Of a DNA stretch of 64,000 bases, positions 22,701-30,929 are shown one piece after another. The stretch lies in IMG/VR virus record IMGVR_UViG_3300013131_000036, positions 1 through 64,000 of that record; one strand, 5' to 3'. The DNA comes from a virus. The notes under the pieces were generated by a model. It searched no databases. It saw nothing but the letters and a program-made list of their open reading frames with translations, and was not told the DNA's origin. Within the stretch, counting starts at the first letter, position 1, and each line of letters begins with the position of its first letter. Position numbers and translations under genes: made by a program.

Positions 22701-22982
22701 TATTATACCATAAGATTAATTCAAAAATATTCTAAAAACATTCAGCCCCTGTTATTCAATCTCCCTTCGGAAAATAGAAATTATACAGACACAATTGACA
22801 AGTTTTTCCGTCAAAGAGTACCTTATCACAAATCTCCAGCAATAAACATTTCCATAAACAATTCCAGAATAACAGACTCAACTGCACGAGCCTATGTGCA
22901 ACAGCAATTAAATACCATATTGTTGAACAATCTTCCGTACATGACTGAAATTAAAGATTTGGTATGGAGAGAAAATTTGTGA
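19701..22982 (+). CDS. Large virion protein with split LamG/concanavalin-like domain
   Basis: YHQFALSFDSVKGNCVLFVDG...IRDVFFFTKAL (LamG-like); TAAATA 5 nt before ATG 19701. Confidence 0.6.
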   Translation: MPVKSFDDNNWSNMEVFYVQDNDLQTHQQRIFSDSCINFVYPELFSKTFDQKNNNYSTIALTSSIGFLKEFSLTNPNQTGNGFVTTISNGLASVKDTAQRFWAISPIVSSNYMDITTNNFFGGKNSNYYFEVDFLPNNLCRVSHEYYNVRYYLNVNFLTNRVYLLSSTTDIYNTNSLYHQAFEYILDATNNCMALFYRKNNNVYTLVRESSSLGFVPLTGSDVQLTPQNTFNILPIKFNLLDSLSSRWFSYTKQFDTNNLNVDCSQSEIIKNQVIFHSEFNNISSERIPYNFITEKNNLTPQSENVSYGENKELRKYVSLNTGSFQEKGNLKFSQNYQSKINEYRFEPGRLTYFHTSLDMGEYNFININDSKLAESGAVYSNTPEFSDKIWKKNADYKNTSNQGNPRGEINGTWLCSWLSGSSNPNTRPVWYDRYFLPNKTTRQLAFSANDVFAYESYYDCITKQLNVPSEIFDIKSQLTFEPYTLYAYYRIGKQDIDEYINKNDSSVLFNGIDQYLQTNGTVLAPSNGVYKFLGNVYAINETINSKNFDNRFTFFFTIGSKDFRVPFGHEIVGNYKNTGIGIYSDRAVTPFVRTIDGNKVKIYNSEWSLIDTIEFNKPILDLVQIESLDDYFVLDNSGELFQINSQNTITDSSQYNPLSSTISHFSDATSTYFLVSPVGDFVSYNRKTEKFDYNDLVKQYSTTPMVSAKSLKKIGNAIYILDGGDSEIRDQVRIFYNSNGEIKEWNVSSNNIETRIYNSSGAITTFTIDNDLNFFIFDNNSTCYVHNSAGFVINSFKLPVSAQNVIASDYCSTYVAGENISTVYAICSTTNTTGSVALIDTKTFEANENVITLDYPVSACFTVPTTNSVYNHEIINQTYPKNGLTIRINLPNVYPSESSEELNLSFDINQLNFGYHQFALSFDSVKGNCVLFVDGQIATSKTFSPGKYTLSEIISEPFTYGTTQYFAGINLYDKLKIENAFTVKNMDIRDVFFFTKALDYYTIRLIQKYSKNIQPLLFNLPSENRNYTDTIDKFFRQRVPYHKSPAINISINNSRITDSTARAYVQQQLNTILLNNLPYMTEIKDLVWRENL

Positions 22983-24736
22983 AAAATATTTCCCAATCAT
23001 TTCAGGAAGAAAATTTAATTTTTGATCGAGTGGTGGGGGATTTTGTCAACTTGCCTTATCAGTTTGATAAAATTCAAATTCCCGTCAATGAATTGAGCGT
23101 TTCAGGTGCTTTGAATTTGCGTTTGGATTATTTGTACAAAAATCTTTTATATCTTTATTCTCGAACCAAAATTCTCACAAATCAAATACCGTATTCCTAT
23201 ACAAATTGGTTGGGGGTTCCTTCCGGACAAAATCAAATCAAATGGAATTTAACAACGACGCCAAACACCAGTGGTGCATCGTTTTTAAACGTGGGTCTTT
23301 CTGCACTGGATGGTATACGTGATTTTGTTGTGGTTCCCACCTCAGACAATGAAAATAGAATTTTGATAGCTTCCCAGGGGCAAACAATATTTTTCTCAAA
23401 ATTTAATAAAGACTATACAACTTTCAATATTTTGCTTTCCAGCATTTATGTGGATGAGCAGACACAATTGAGGAACGGAAACATAACCGATTTGATTTTG
23501 AATCAAAACGATCTTTATGTTGTTGATGCTGTTAACAATGAAATTATATTATATGATGTTGAAGGTTTTATTGGAGGAGAAAATGTAAAACTCAATAAAC
23601 GATATCTAAAAAAAATCATAGGCGGTCAGGGAGGACGTTACGACAACAACGAATTTAATAATCCTTATGCTGCCGATTTGTATCTTTCCACATTGGTGGT
23701 CATGGACAGCGGAAATTCCTCTTTAAAGTTTTTCGATAGCCAACTTAATTGGAGATATTCATTAACGTTAAAAAAACTTTTTTCCACATATACGATTGTT
23801 GACATCAAACTTCACAAAAATCAATCCACGAACATAACCGAAATATTCCTTCTTTCCAAAGAAAACAAGATTATCATAGTTGATATATCAAATTCTTCCT
23901 ACAAAATAATAGATTTTTCAGAGGAAACAATTTTTGGTGAATATGCAATAAAATATGTGTTTAGTCAGGAAAATTCGAATATTTTTTATATTTTAACAAA
24001 CAAATCCTTGTATAAAAAATATTTTTCAAGACCCACAACAAAAATTGGAAAATATAATTTAACAAAGGACAACATTTTTAATTATAGTTTGCAGGCTTTG
24101 GATCTTTATTTAAACGAGAATGTGGATGATATATTGTTGTTTTCGTCCACAACATTGGGTACAAATATTTCGGGAGGTCAGTTTTTTAGATTTTTGGAGC
24201 CAAATACCACAAACAATATGCTTTACTCTTATGATTTTGAAATATTTTCTTCACAACAAATTCACGTGGAGGATGACGAATATTCTCAAAGTTTTGTTTT
24301 CAATAAAAGCATAAGCAAACTTATCAACAACAATTACATTCTTTTGAATCAGGCGCGGCAAAGATTCAAGTTTGATCTGGATCCATTTCTTCCACTTTCT
24401 GCTGTGGACATTCAAATGACAAATCAAGACATTTATGAAAGTTATAGATTTGTAAAAAATATCTATATGGACGATTCGTTTTTATCAGGTCCGGCACTAA
24501 ACATTAACTGTGATAATTTTATTGGAAATAATGAAAATTATCAAAGTGATGTGATAAACAGGTGTTTATATAAATTATATTTGCAACAATTAGCTATTCT
24601 TGATGTGATTCAAGGTGATACGCCCCTGCCAATACCAATATTCAAAACAGATTGCAATATTATTACCATAGACGCCGGTGCTGATATGATAGGTGTTGGA
24701 GATGGTGCATTTATAATCGGCATCCTCTGCACATAA
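22964..24736 (+). CDS. Virion protein with NHL-type beta-propeller
   Basis: LYVVDAVNNEIILYD, GGQG...EFNNP and LVVMDSGNSSLKFFD repeats. Confidence 0.6.
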   Translation: MERKFVKNISQSFQEENLIFDRVVGDFVNLPYQFDKIQIPVNELSVSGALNLRLDYLYKNLLYLYSRTKILTNQIPYSYTNWLGVPSGQNQIKWNLTTTPNTSGASFLNVGLSALDGIRDFVVVPTSDNENRILIASQGQTIFFSKFNKDYTTFNILLSSIYVDEQTQLRNGNITDLILNQNDLYVVDAVNNEIILYDVEGFIGGENVKLNKRYLKKIIGGQGGRYDNNEFNNPYAADLYLSTLVVMDSGNSSLKFFDSQLNWRYSLTLKKLFSTYTIVDIKLHKNQSTNITEIFLLSKENKIIIVDISNSSYKIIDFSEETIFGEYAIKYVFSQENSNIFYILTNKSLYKKYFSRPTTKIGKYNLTKDNIFNYSLQALDLYLNENVDDILLFSSTTLGTNISGGQFFRFLEPNTTNNMLYSYDFEIFSSQQIHVEDDEYSQSFVFNKSISKLINNNYILLNQARQRFKFDLDPFLPLSAVDIQMTNQDIYESYRFVKNIYMDDSFLSGPALNINCDNFIGNNENYQSDVINRCLYKLYLQQLAILDVIQGDTPLPIPIFKTDCNIITIDAGADMIGVGDGAFIIGILCT

Positions 24737-24749
24737 TATGCAATTAATT

Positions 24750-24757
24750 TATAAATA
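24750..24757 (+). promoter_or_regulatory. T4-type late promoter TATAAATA
   Basis: Exact match 5 nt before ATG 24763. Confidence 0.7.
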
Positions 24758-24762
24758 AATAT

Positions 24763-25386
24763 ATGGCTGGCAATTATCCTTTTCACGGAAAGCTTCATCG
24801 TTCCACCCACCATACCAATCCCACTCCGGGCATATTGGAAAGTGGAACCGATCCTGTTGCCGGACCCAATTCCAAATTTCAGGGAATTTTTTACACTCAA
24901 GATCAAGGCACAAGTGAAAACTGGTATAGTGCATATTTAACACTTCAAGCCAATAGCGGTTATTGGGTCAGCGTTTACACCACAGTTCAAACAAACAGTT
25001 CCGATTGGGAAAGTGTTTATACTCATGTTTTATCTTTCAGTTCCAATTGGCAAAGCACTTATATAACAGTTAATACACTTTCCGGAAGCTGGTCTTCAGT
25101 TTATACAACGGTCAAAGCTGACAGTGCATATTGGGCGGAAGCATATGCAAATCTTGTGGCCAACAGTGCAAATTATACCTCATTCCTTTCATCGGTTGGA
25201 TTTGGCAACATTCTTTCTCCAAATGTTTTTTATCAGGACAGAATACAGGCGTTAGATCTGAATTATGCTTCTGTGCAGGCGGCAGTATCCGCCCTGCATG
25301 AACGGGTAAATGCTCTTTACGTAATGTTTACTGGTCTGACCGCCAACCAATCCACCATCATTGTTTCCATAACCAGCAACAATTAA
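24763..25386 (+). CDS. Fibre/whisker-like protein with 14-aa repeats
   Basis: Six tandem S-x-x-W-x-S-x-Y-T repeats; TATAAATA upstream; lies just before the neck gene. Confidence 0.55.
   Translation: MAGNYPFHGKLHRSTHHTNPTPGILESGTDPVAGPNSKFQGIFYTQDQGTSENWYSAYLTLQANSGYWVSVYTTVQTNSSDWESVYTHVLSFSSNWQSTYITVNTLSGSWSSVYTTVKADSAYWAEAYANLVANSANYTSFLSSVGFGNILSPNVFYQDRIQALDLNYASVQAAVSALHERVNALYVMFTGLTANQSTIIVSITSNN
24913..25176 (+). repeat. Tandem 42-nt (14-aa) coding repeats
   Basis: SENWYSAYLTLQAN / SGYWVSVYTTVQTN / SSDWESVYTHVLSF / SSNWQSTYITVNTL / SGSWSSVYTTVKAD / SAYWAEAYANLVAN / SANY. Confidence 0.85.
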
Positions 25387-25387
25387 T

Positions 25388-26392
25388 ATGAGCCTAAGTT
25401 GTACAGTCACACAAAACGTCAGCACGTTTTACAGCACAAATCTGAATAGCCGGATCCAGGCATTCAATGATCTGGGCATTCGTATCAGCCGTCAGTTGGG
25501 AGCACCTCTTGTTAATGTGGAAATTCATCAGGACCAACTTTATGAAAACATAGCGATTGCCGTGGAAATGTTCAGCAAGTTCGCAGGTTATACCGAAGAA
25601 TATGTTGTGTTTGATAGCGCACTTTATGATGAAGGAAAAGGATTGCGTCTGGATACATTGTTCAGTTTGACCCCGGATTTCAATTTCCGTTACGATGTTC
25701 GCAACACCAGCATCAACAGCATGTACAACATTGGTAACATGGTGATTGGAGATCCGGAAAATCCCATGGCGTTTCAAGTTGCAAGTCCGGATCCAGAGGG
25801 AAATTTTGCGGATCAGATTTCCATTTTGAATTCCTATGATTATCTTGTTAAAACATACCGCAAGGTCATAGACATTCGGTATTTTGAAGAAGGTAGTAGC
25901 ACAGGAGTCAACACATTGTTCACAATCGAACAAACACTGGCCCAACAAACTTATTTCAGTTATGCCATGGGTAATTACGGATTTGATTTGGTTAGCTGGT
26001 ACATCCTCAAAGATTGGTTGAAAAACCGAGAAAAACTATTGAGCATTCCTCGTGCTGTTAAATTTGATGAACGCACACAATACATGCAAATGTATCCACC
26101 TCCCCGGGATTCCAGATTTTATGGAGTTTTAAATTGTTATGTGGAACGTCCAGTTCAACAACTGATTCAGGAACAATGGGTGCAACAATATGCCCTTGCA
26201 TTGACCAAGATTGCCGTGGGACATGTGCGCGGAAAATACACCGCTGTAAACCTTTTCGGAGGGGGGCAACTCAATTATAATGACATGCTTCAACAAGGTC
26301 TTCGAGAAAAAGAAGAATTGGAGAAGCGGTTGTATGAGGGCTCGGCTCCTGGACTGGGCGATGCAAGCCCCGTACAAATGCTGGTTGGATAA
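25388..26392 (+). CDS. gp13: Neck protein gp13
   Basis: RQLGAPLVNVEI..DQL and WVQQYALALTK..VG.VRGKY....GG.QLN motifs. Confidence 0.88.
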   Translation: MSLSCTVTQNVSTFYSTNLNSRIQAFNDLGIRISRQLGAPLVNVEIHQDQLYENIAIAVEMFSKFAGYTEEYVVFDSALYDEGKGLRLDTLFSLTPDFNFRYDVRNTSINSMYNIGNMVIGDPENPMAFQVASPDPEGNFADQISILNSYDYLVKTYRKVIDIRYFEEGSSTGVNTLFTIEQTLAQQTYFSYAMGNYGFDLVSWYILKDWLKNREKLLSIPRAVKFDERTQYMQMYPPPRDSRFYGVLNCYVERPVQQLIQEQWVQQYALALTKIAVGHVRGKYTAVNLFGGGQLNYNDMLQQGLREKEELEKRLYEGSAPGLGDASPVQMLVG

Positions 26393-26422
26393 TTTTGAAA
26401 ATAATTCCAATTTAGGAGACGC

Positions 26423-26896
26423 ATGATTCCTCTCCAAAAAAATTCAAGATTCATTCAAGGAATTTTTTCTCCCAAGAATGAAAACAAATATGTGGGAAAA
26501 AAGCCCATTGTTTATCGTTCATCCTATGAACTTAAATTTTTTCGTTTTTGTGATGACAATCCAAATGTTTCTCGCTGGGCCAGTGAGAGTGTGAAAATTC
26601 CTTACTTTCATCCTTTTGAAAAATGCAGTCGTCTTTATCATGTGGATTTGAACATGGTGATAAAAGAAGGAGACGTTTATAAAAAGTATCTGGTGGAGAT
26701 CAAACCAGAGAAACAAACACGGAAACCTGATTTCACAAACAGCAAATGCCGAAAAGCCACAATGCTTTATGAACAAATGACTTACGTAACAAATTGTGCA
26801 AAATGGGAAGCAGCCAAAAATTTTGCAAAGAAACACGACATGCAGTTCGTTATCCTCACAGAGAAAAATTTAAAAATAAATCCATCGAAAAAATAA
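26423..26896 (+). CDS. gp4: Head completion nuclease gp4 (TnsA-like)
   Basis: PKNENKYVG, YRSSYE, WASE, VEIKP..QT and KWEAA motifs. Confidence 0.9.
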   Translation: MIPLQKNSRFIQGIFSPKNENKYVGKKPIVYRSSYELKFFRFCDDNPNVSRWASESVKIPYFHPFEKCSRLYHVDLNMVIKEGDVYKKYLVEIKPEKQTRKPDFTNSKCRKATMLYEQMTYVTNCAKWEAAKNFAKKHDMQFVILTEKNLKINPSKK

Positions 26897-26904
26897 CGAA
26901 TTTG

Positions 26905-26912
26905 TATAAATA
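26905..26912 (+). promoter_or_regulatory. T4-type late promoter TATAAATA
   Basis: Exact match 8 nt before the gp21 ATG. Confidence 0.75.
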
Positions 26913-26920
26913 TTTAAACA

Positions 26921-27601
26921 ATGAGTGATGGTCTAAAGCTGATCGTTGAACGTCCCGCATCGAATGATGATTTCGAATATGTGTTGGAGGAAAAAAATCC
27001 AAATCAACCTGCTACTCTTTATATCAAAGGTCCTTACATGATGGCCGAACAAGCCAATCGCAACCGGCGCATTTACAATCTGGAAGAAATGGCCAAGGAA
27101 GTGGGTCGTTACACCAGCGAAATGATCCGGAATAATCGCAGCATGGGCGAACTGAATCATCCCCAAACTCCGGAAGTGAATCTGGAACGGGTTTGTCACA
27201 TGGTCACGGAACTGCGTCAGGACGGAAATATTTTTTACGGCAAGAGCAAAGTTCTGAGCACACCCATGGGCATGATTGTGAAGAGCTTGATTCAAGACGG
27301 AGTCAAGGTCGGCATGAGCAGCCGCGCCCTGGGAAAACTGACAGAAGCAGGTAACGGCACCAACAAAGTAACTGATCTGCGTTTGGTCGCAATTGATTGT
27401 GTTGCGGATCCGTCGTTCCCCAAGGCATTTGTGGATGGTATTTTGGAAAGCAAACAATTTGTTTTGAAAGAAAGCGGACAATATGAAGAAGTGTATGACA
27501 GCTTCGGAGATGCGCTTCGTAATTTGCCAAAAAATGATGTGGAGAATTTCCTGAAAGAACAGGTGGTTTTGTTCTTTAGAAAACTCAGTTCAAAAAGCTA
27601 A
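26921..27601 (+). CDS. gp21: Prohead protease gp21
   Basis: NRNRRIY, GELNHP, GMSSRALG and DCVADPS..AFV motifs. Confidence 0.93.
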   Translation: MSDGLKLIVERPASNDDFEYVLEEKNPNQPATLYIKGPYMMAEQANRNRRIYNLEEMAKEVGRYTSEMIRNNRSMGELNHPQTPEVNLERVCHMVTELRQDGNIFYGKSKVLSTPMGMIVKSLIQDGVKVGMSSRALGKLTEAGNGTNKVTDLRLVAIDCVADPSFPKAFVDGILESKQFVLKESGQYEEVYDSFGDALRNLPKNDVENFLKEQVVLFFRKLSSKS

Positions 27602-27612
27602 ATATAAAAACC

Positions 27613-27762
27613 ATGGATAATAAACAAAAAGCCCTGATCAGCAATTTTCTCAAATGTCTTACTGAAAAAGACTATAGCAACGCCAAAAAGTCCCTGCAGG
27701 CAGTCATGGACATTAAATTGCAAAATCGCATCCAGAACGCCGTCAAGGATTTAAAAAAATAA
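27613..27762 (+). CDS. Small prohead core protein (gp67-like), not in ORF track
   Basis: 49 aa, MDNKQKALISNFLKCLTEKDYSNAKKSLQAVMDIKLQNRIQNAVKDLKK; TAAATA upstream; lies between gp21 and gp22. Confidence 0.5.
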   Translation: MDNKQKALISNFLKCLTEKDYSNAKKSLQAVMDIKLQNRIQNAVKDLKK

Positions 27763-27802
27763 AAAAATCAAAAAAATAGAAAGGTTTTAAATAAATAATT
27801 TT

Positions 27803-28684
27803 ATGAGCAAAAACGTTGTAGAAGTACTCAAAGAAGCCACAAAGGATATTCTCACTGAGCAAACACTGAACGAAATCCAGCAAGCTTTTGAAGCTTCTGT
27901 AAACGAAAAAGTAAAAATACACGTTGAAAAAGCTCTGGCTGAACAAGATGAAGATCACAGCAAAAAGCTGGAAGCCCTTGTTGAAGCCATCGATAAAGAT
28001 CACGTTGCCAAGCTGAACAAGGTTGTGGCCGCTATCGACGAAAATCACAGCGGTAAACTCAAGGCAATTGTTGAAAAGTATCAAACTGCCCTTTCTGGTG
28101 AAGCCAAAAGCTTCAAAAATGAAACCGTCAATGATATCAGCACCTATCTGGAAGCTTATCTTGACGAAGTTGTGCCTGCCGAGGATATCAAAAAGGCTGT
28201 TGCCAATCGCAAAGCCAATGACACCCTCTCCAAGGTTCGCAATCTTCTCGCCGTTGATGCCGCGATTGCTCAAGACAGCATTCGTGAGGCAGTAATGGAC
28301 GGCAAGAAACAATTAGATGAAGCTCGTAAAGAGCTTGAAAGCGCTAAAGGGCGCGTAGTAGTTCTTGAAAAAGAACTGAATAAGACACAAGCCTCGCTTC
28401 TGCTTGAACAGAAGACACGGGAGCTTCCGGAGAACAAAAAGAAGTTCATCCAAAAGCTTCTGGGCAACAAGGATGTGTCCTTCATCAATGAAAACTACGA
28501 TTACACCCTTAAACTCTTCAATAAAACTGAAGAGGAGCGTCTTTCAACCATTCGCGACGAAGCCACTAAGCAAACCGAAACTGTGGATCGCGTAGTTGTT
28601 GAGGAAGCTGCAACTGAAAAGTCTGCCGCCTCTGAAGACAACGACGCCACAAACGGTTATCTTAGCGAACTGAGTCGCTGGTAA
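27803..28684 (+). CDS. gp22: Prohead core scaffold gp22
   Basis: Acidic coiled-coil protein (FEASVNEKV, STYLEAY) directly upstream of the capsid gene. Confidence 0.8.
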   Translation: MSKNVVEVLKEATKDILTEQTLNEIQQAFEASVNEKVKIHVEKALAEQDEDHSKKLEALVEAIDKDHVAKLNKVVAAIDENHSGKLKAIVEKYQTALSGEAKSFKNETVNDISTYLEAYLDEVVPAEDIKKAVANRKANDTLSKVRNLLAVDAAIAQDSIREAVMDGKKQLDEARKELESAKGRVVVLEKELNKTQASLLLEQKTRELPENKKKFIQKLLGNKDVSFINENYDYTLKLFNKTEEERLSTIRDEATKQTETVDRVVVEEAATEKSAASEDNDATNGYLSELSRW

Positions 28685-28763
28685 ACATTTCTGAGGTTTT
28701 AAGCCTGAGATTATTTGGTAGCAATGCTACCGGTCGAATTTACTATAAAGGAGAATGTAATAA

Positions 28764-30260
28764 ATGAGTAAGCGTATCGCTCCTCCCACGAGTTACATCA
28801 ATCAGTCTCGCGCCAAGACCCTCCTTGAGAAGTGGGCACCCGTTCTTGATTACACCTCGGATTCCGTCCGGGCCATCGAAGACGATCACACACGTCTCAA
28901 CACCGCCATGCTCTTGGAAAACCAAGAAGCTTGGTGCATGATTAACGAAGATAATACCGCCGGTAACGGTGGTGTCTTCGGTAGTGGAGCTTCTATCGGT
29001 GCGGCATTCAATCCTCCTGGCAAGATCACCTCGGGTGACAACTATGCCCAGGGTGATGCTCGTCTGCCGAAGATTCTGATTCCGATGATTCGTCGTACAT
29101 TCCCCGAACTAATCACCAACGAGATCGTAGGCGTACAGCCCATGAGCGGTCCGGTGGGTCTTGCTTTCGCTCTGCGCTACAAGTACCTTGGCAAACAGCT
29201 GGGTAACACAGGCGTGGACGGCAGCGGAACCAACGCGAACGGCTCCTTGGGCGTTCCTTACAGCCAAGCGAATGGCGCTGAATTGGGTTACCAATTCCTC
29301 GACACACGCTTCACTGGTACATCGTCTTCTCAGCTCTCCGGTGCTTCCCCTTCGCAGCCGTATTCGAATCAATTTGAAATACTTGGCAGCGATCAGGGCG
29401 TTGCCCAGATTCTGAGCCAGTTCGAACTTACCGGTCGTATTCCTCAGATTGAGGTTTCTTTCGAGAAAACCGCAGTCGAAGCCGGAACACGCAGGCTCGC
29501 CGCTCGCTGGTCCGTAGAACTTGAGCAAGACTTGAAGAATATGAATGGTATCGACATCGACACAGAGTTGACCAATGCTATGAGCTATGAGCTACAAGCA
29601 GAAATCGACCGTGAGATGATCATTCGTATGATTCAGGTTGCCCTCAATGCAGGCTACGGCTCAGGATATTCCGTATGGTCCCCGGCTTCCGCAGACGGTC
29701 GCTGGCTAGTTGAACGCAATCGCGACTTCTACCAGAGACTGATCATCGAAGCCAACCGTATTGCAGTTCGTAACCGTCGTGGTGCCGCCAACTTTGTTGT
29801 CGCCACACCCCGCGTTTGCGCAATTCTGGAAATGCTTCCTGAGTTCCAGTGGGTTCCGGTCCAAGGCAATGTCAACACTCAACCTGTTGGCGTGGCCAAG
29901 GTCGGTAATCTCGGTGGTCGGTTCAATGTGTATCGTGATACACGCACGGACGCTCAAGCCGAAAACCAGGGTGCATATCCTTGGTCCGGCACGAATCCGC
30001 AGCGCACAACCCGTCTCGAGTACGCCCTTCTGGGCTACAAGGGTCCGGAGTATTACGACACAGGTATTATCTATTGCCCGTACATCCCAGTCCTCGTTCA
30101 GCGCACGATTGGTCCTAACGACTTCTCGCCTCGCGTTGGATTGATGACTCGTTACGGCGTTGTGGATAATATTTTCGGGGCTAACCTGTACTACCACGTC
30201 ATTATCGTCGTGGGTCTGGGTCAGCCGTTCACACCGGCCACACAAAGCGTCTACTTCTAA
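28764..30260 (+). CDS. gp23: Major capsid protein gp23
   Basis: LLEKWAPVLD, LLENQ, GVQPMSGPVGLAFALR, ELEQDLK, YCPYIP and GLMTRYG motifs; AAGGAG Shine-Dalgarno upstream. Confidence 0.97.
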   Translation: MSKRIAPPTSYINQSRAKTLLEKWAPVLDYTSDSVRAIEDDHTRLNTAMLLENQEAWCMINEDNTAGNGGVFGSGASIGAAFNPPGKITSGDNYAQGDARLPKILIPMIRRTFPELITNEIVGVQPMSGPVGLAFALRYKYLGKQLGNTGVDGSGTNANGSLGVPYSQANGAELGYQFLDTRFTGTSSSQLSGASPSQPYSNQFEILGSDQGVAQILSQFELTGRIPQIEVSFEKTAVEAGTRRLAARWSVELEQDLKNMNGIDIDTELTNAMSYELQAEIDREMIIRMIQVALNAGYGSGYSVWSPASADGRWLVERNRDFYQRLIIEANRIAVRNRRGAANFVVATPRVCAILEMLPEFQWVPVQGNVNTQPVGVAKVGNLGGRFNVYRDTRTDAQAENQGAYPWSGTNPQRTTRLEYALLGYKGPEYYDTGIIYCPYIPVLVQRTIGPNDFSPRVGLMTRYGVVDNIFGANLYYHVIIVVGLGQPFTPATQSVYF

Positions 30261-30319
30261 AAAAAGTAGTCACTGAGTGGAAAAAGAAAATTTTTCACAC
30301 GGTAAGTCCCGTGAAATTT

Positions 30320-30353
30320 AAAGAAGGGAGTCTTGCGGCTCCCTTCTTTTTTT
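30320..30353 (+). terminator. Rho-independent terminator after gp23
   Basis: Stem-loop aagaagggagtc-ttgc-ggctcccttctt followed by a T run. Confidence 0.88.
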
Positions 30354-30370
30354 GTCTAAATATAAATAAT

Positions 30371-30670
30371 ATGATGAAGTTTAAGCAGTTTTTTCTCCGG
30401 GAAATCAACATTCCGTATGGCGGAGAACAGGAATTTGATATTTTGAAAACATTAATTGATGATCTTAACAAGTATATCGAAAATACATACAAAATAGAAA
30501 ATAATATATTATATTCTGCCGAGGAAAAACAGGAGATATTGTCAAAAAGATACGAACATGCCAGTCGGGTATGGCATAAAATGATACATCCCAAGCTGGA
30601 AACCATGAAACAGTTTGATCCGGAAAATGTTAAGTTTTTACCTAAAATTCTTACAATTCCCGTGCCATAA
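30371..30670 (+). CDS. Hypothetical protein (possible internal head protein)
   Basis: Begins MMKFKQFFLRE, directly after TATAAATA at 30361-30368. Confidence 0.55.
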   Translation: MMKFKQFFLREINIPYGGEQEFDILKTLIDDLNKYIENTYKIENNILYSAEEKQEILSKRYEHASRVWHKMIHPKLETMKQFDPENVKFLPKILTIPVP

Positions 30671-30695
30671 TTAATAAATATTAAAAATAACATAT

Positions 30696-30905
30696 ATGGC
30701 TTATCAGGATGATATTATAGAAGTGCGGGAACGTGTAACTCGCATTGAAACAAAATTAGACCATGTGATCAACAAAATGGATGATCACCATGATCGCCTT
30801 ACCAATATTGAAAAATTTAAAACAAAAATAGTGGGCGGGGCCATAACCATTTCAGCATTAGCCACTTTTCTCTGGGACATAGTCAAAACAAAATTCGGAA
30901 TTTAA
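30696..30905 (+). CDS. Small membrane protein (XhlA/holin-like)
   Basis: Coiled coil ERVTRIETKLD followed by a C-terminal transmembrane segment IVGGAITISALATFLW. Confidence 0.55.
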   Translation: MAYQDDIIEVRERVTRIETKLDHVINKMDDHHDRLTNIEKFKTKIVGGAITISALATFLWDIVKTKFGI

Positions 30906-30929
30906 CAACAAAAAGAGTAAATATATTAT

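Noticed and set aside
28685-28763. Hammerhead ribozyme (CUGA...GAA)
   Set aside because: The core CUGANGA is not matched (CUGAGAU) and the flanking stems are incomplete.
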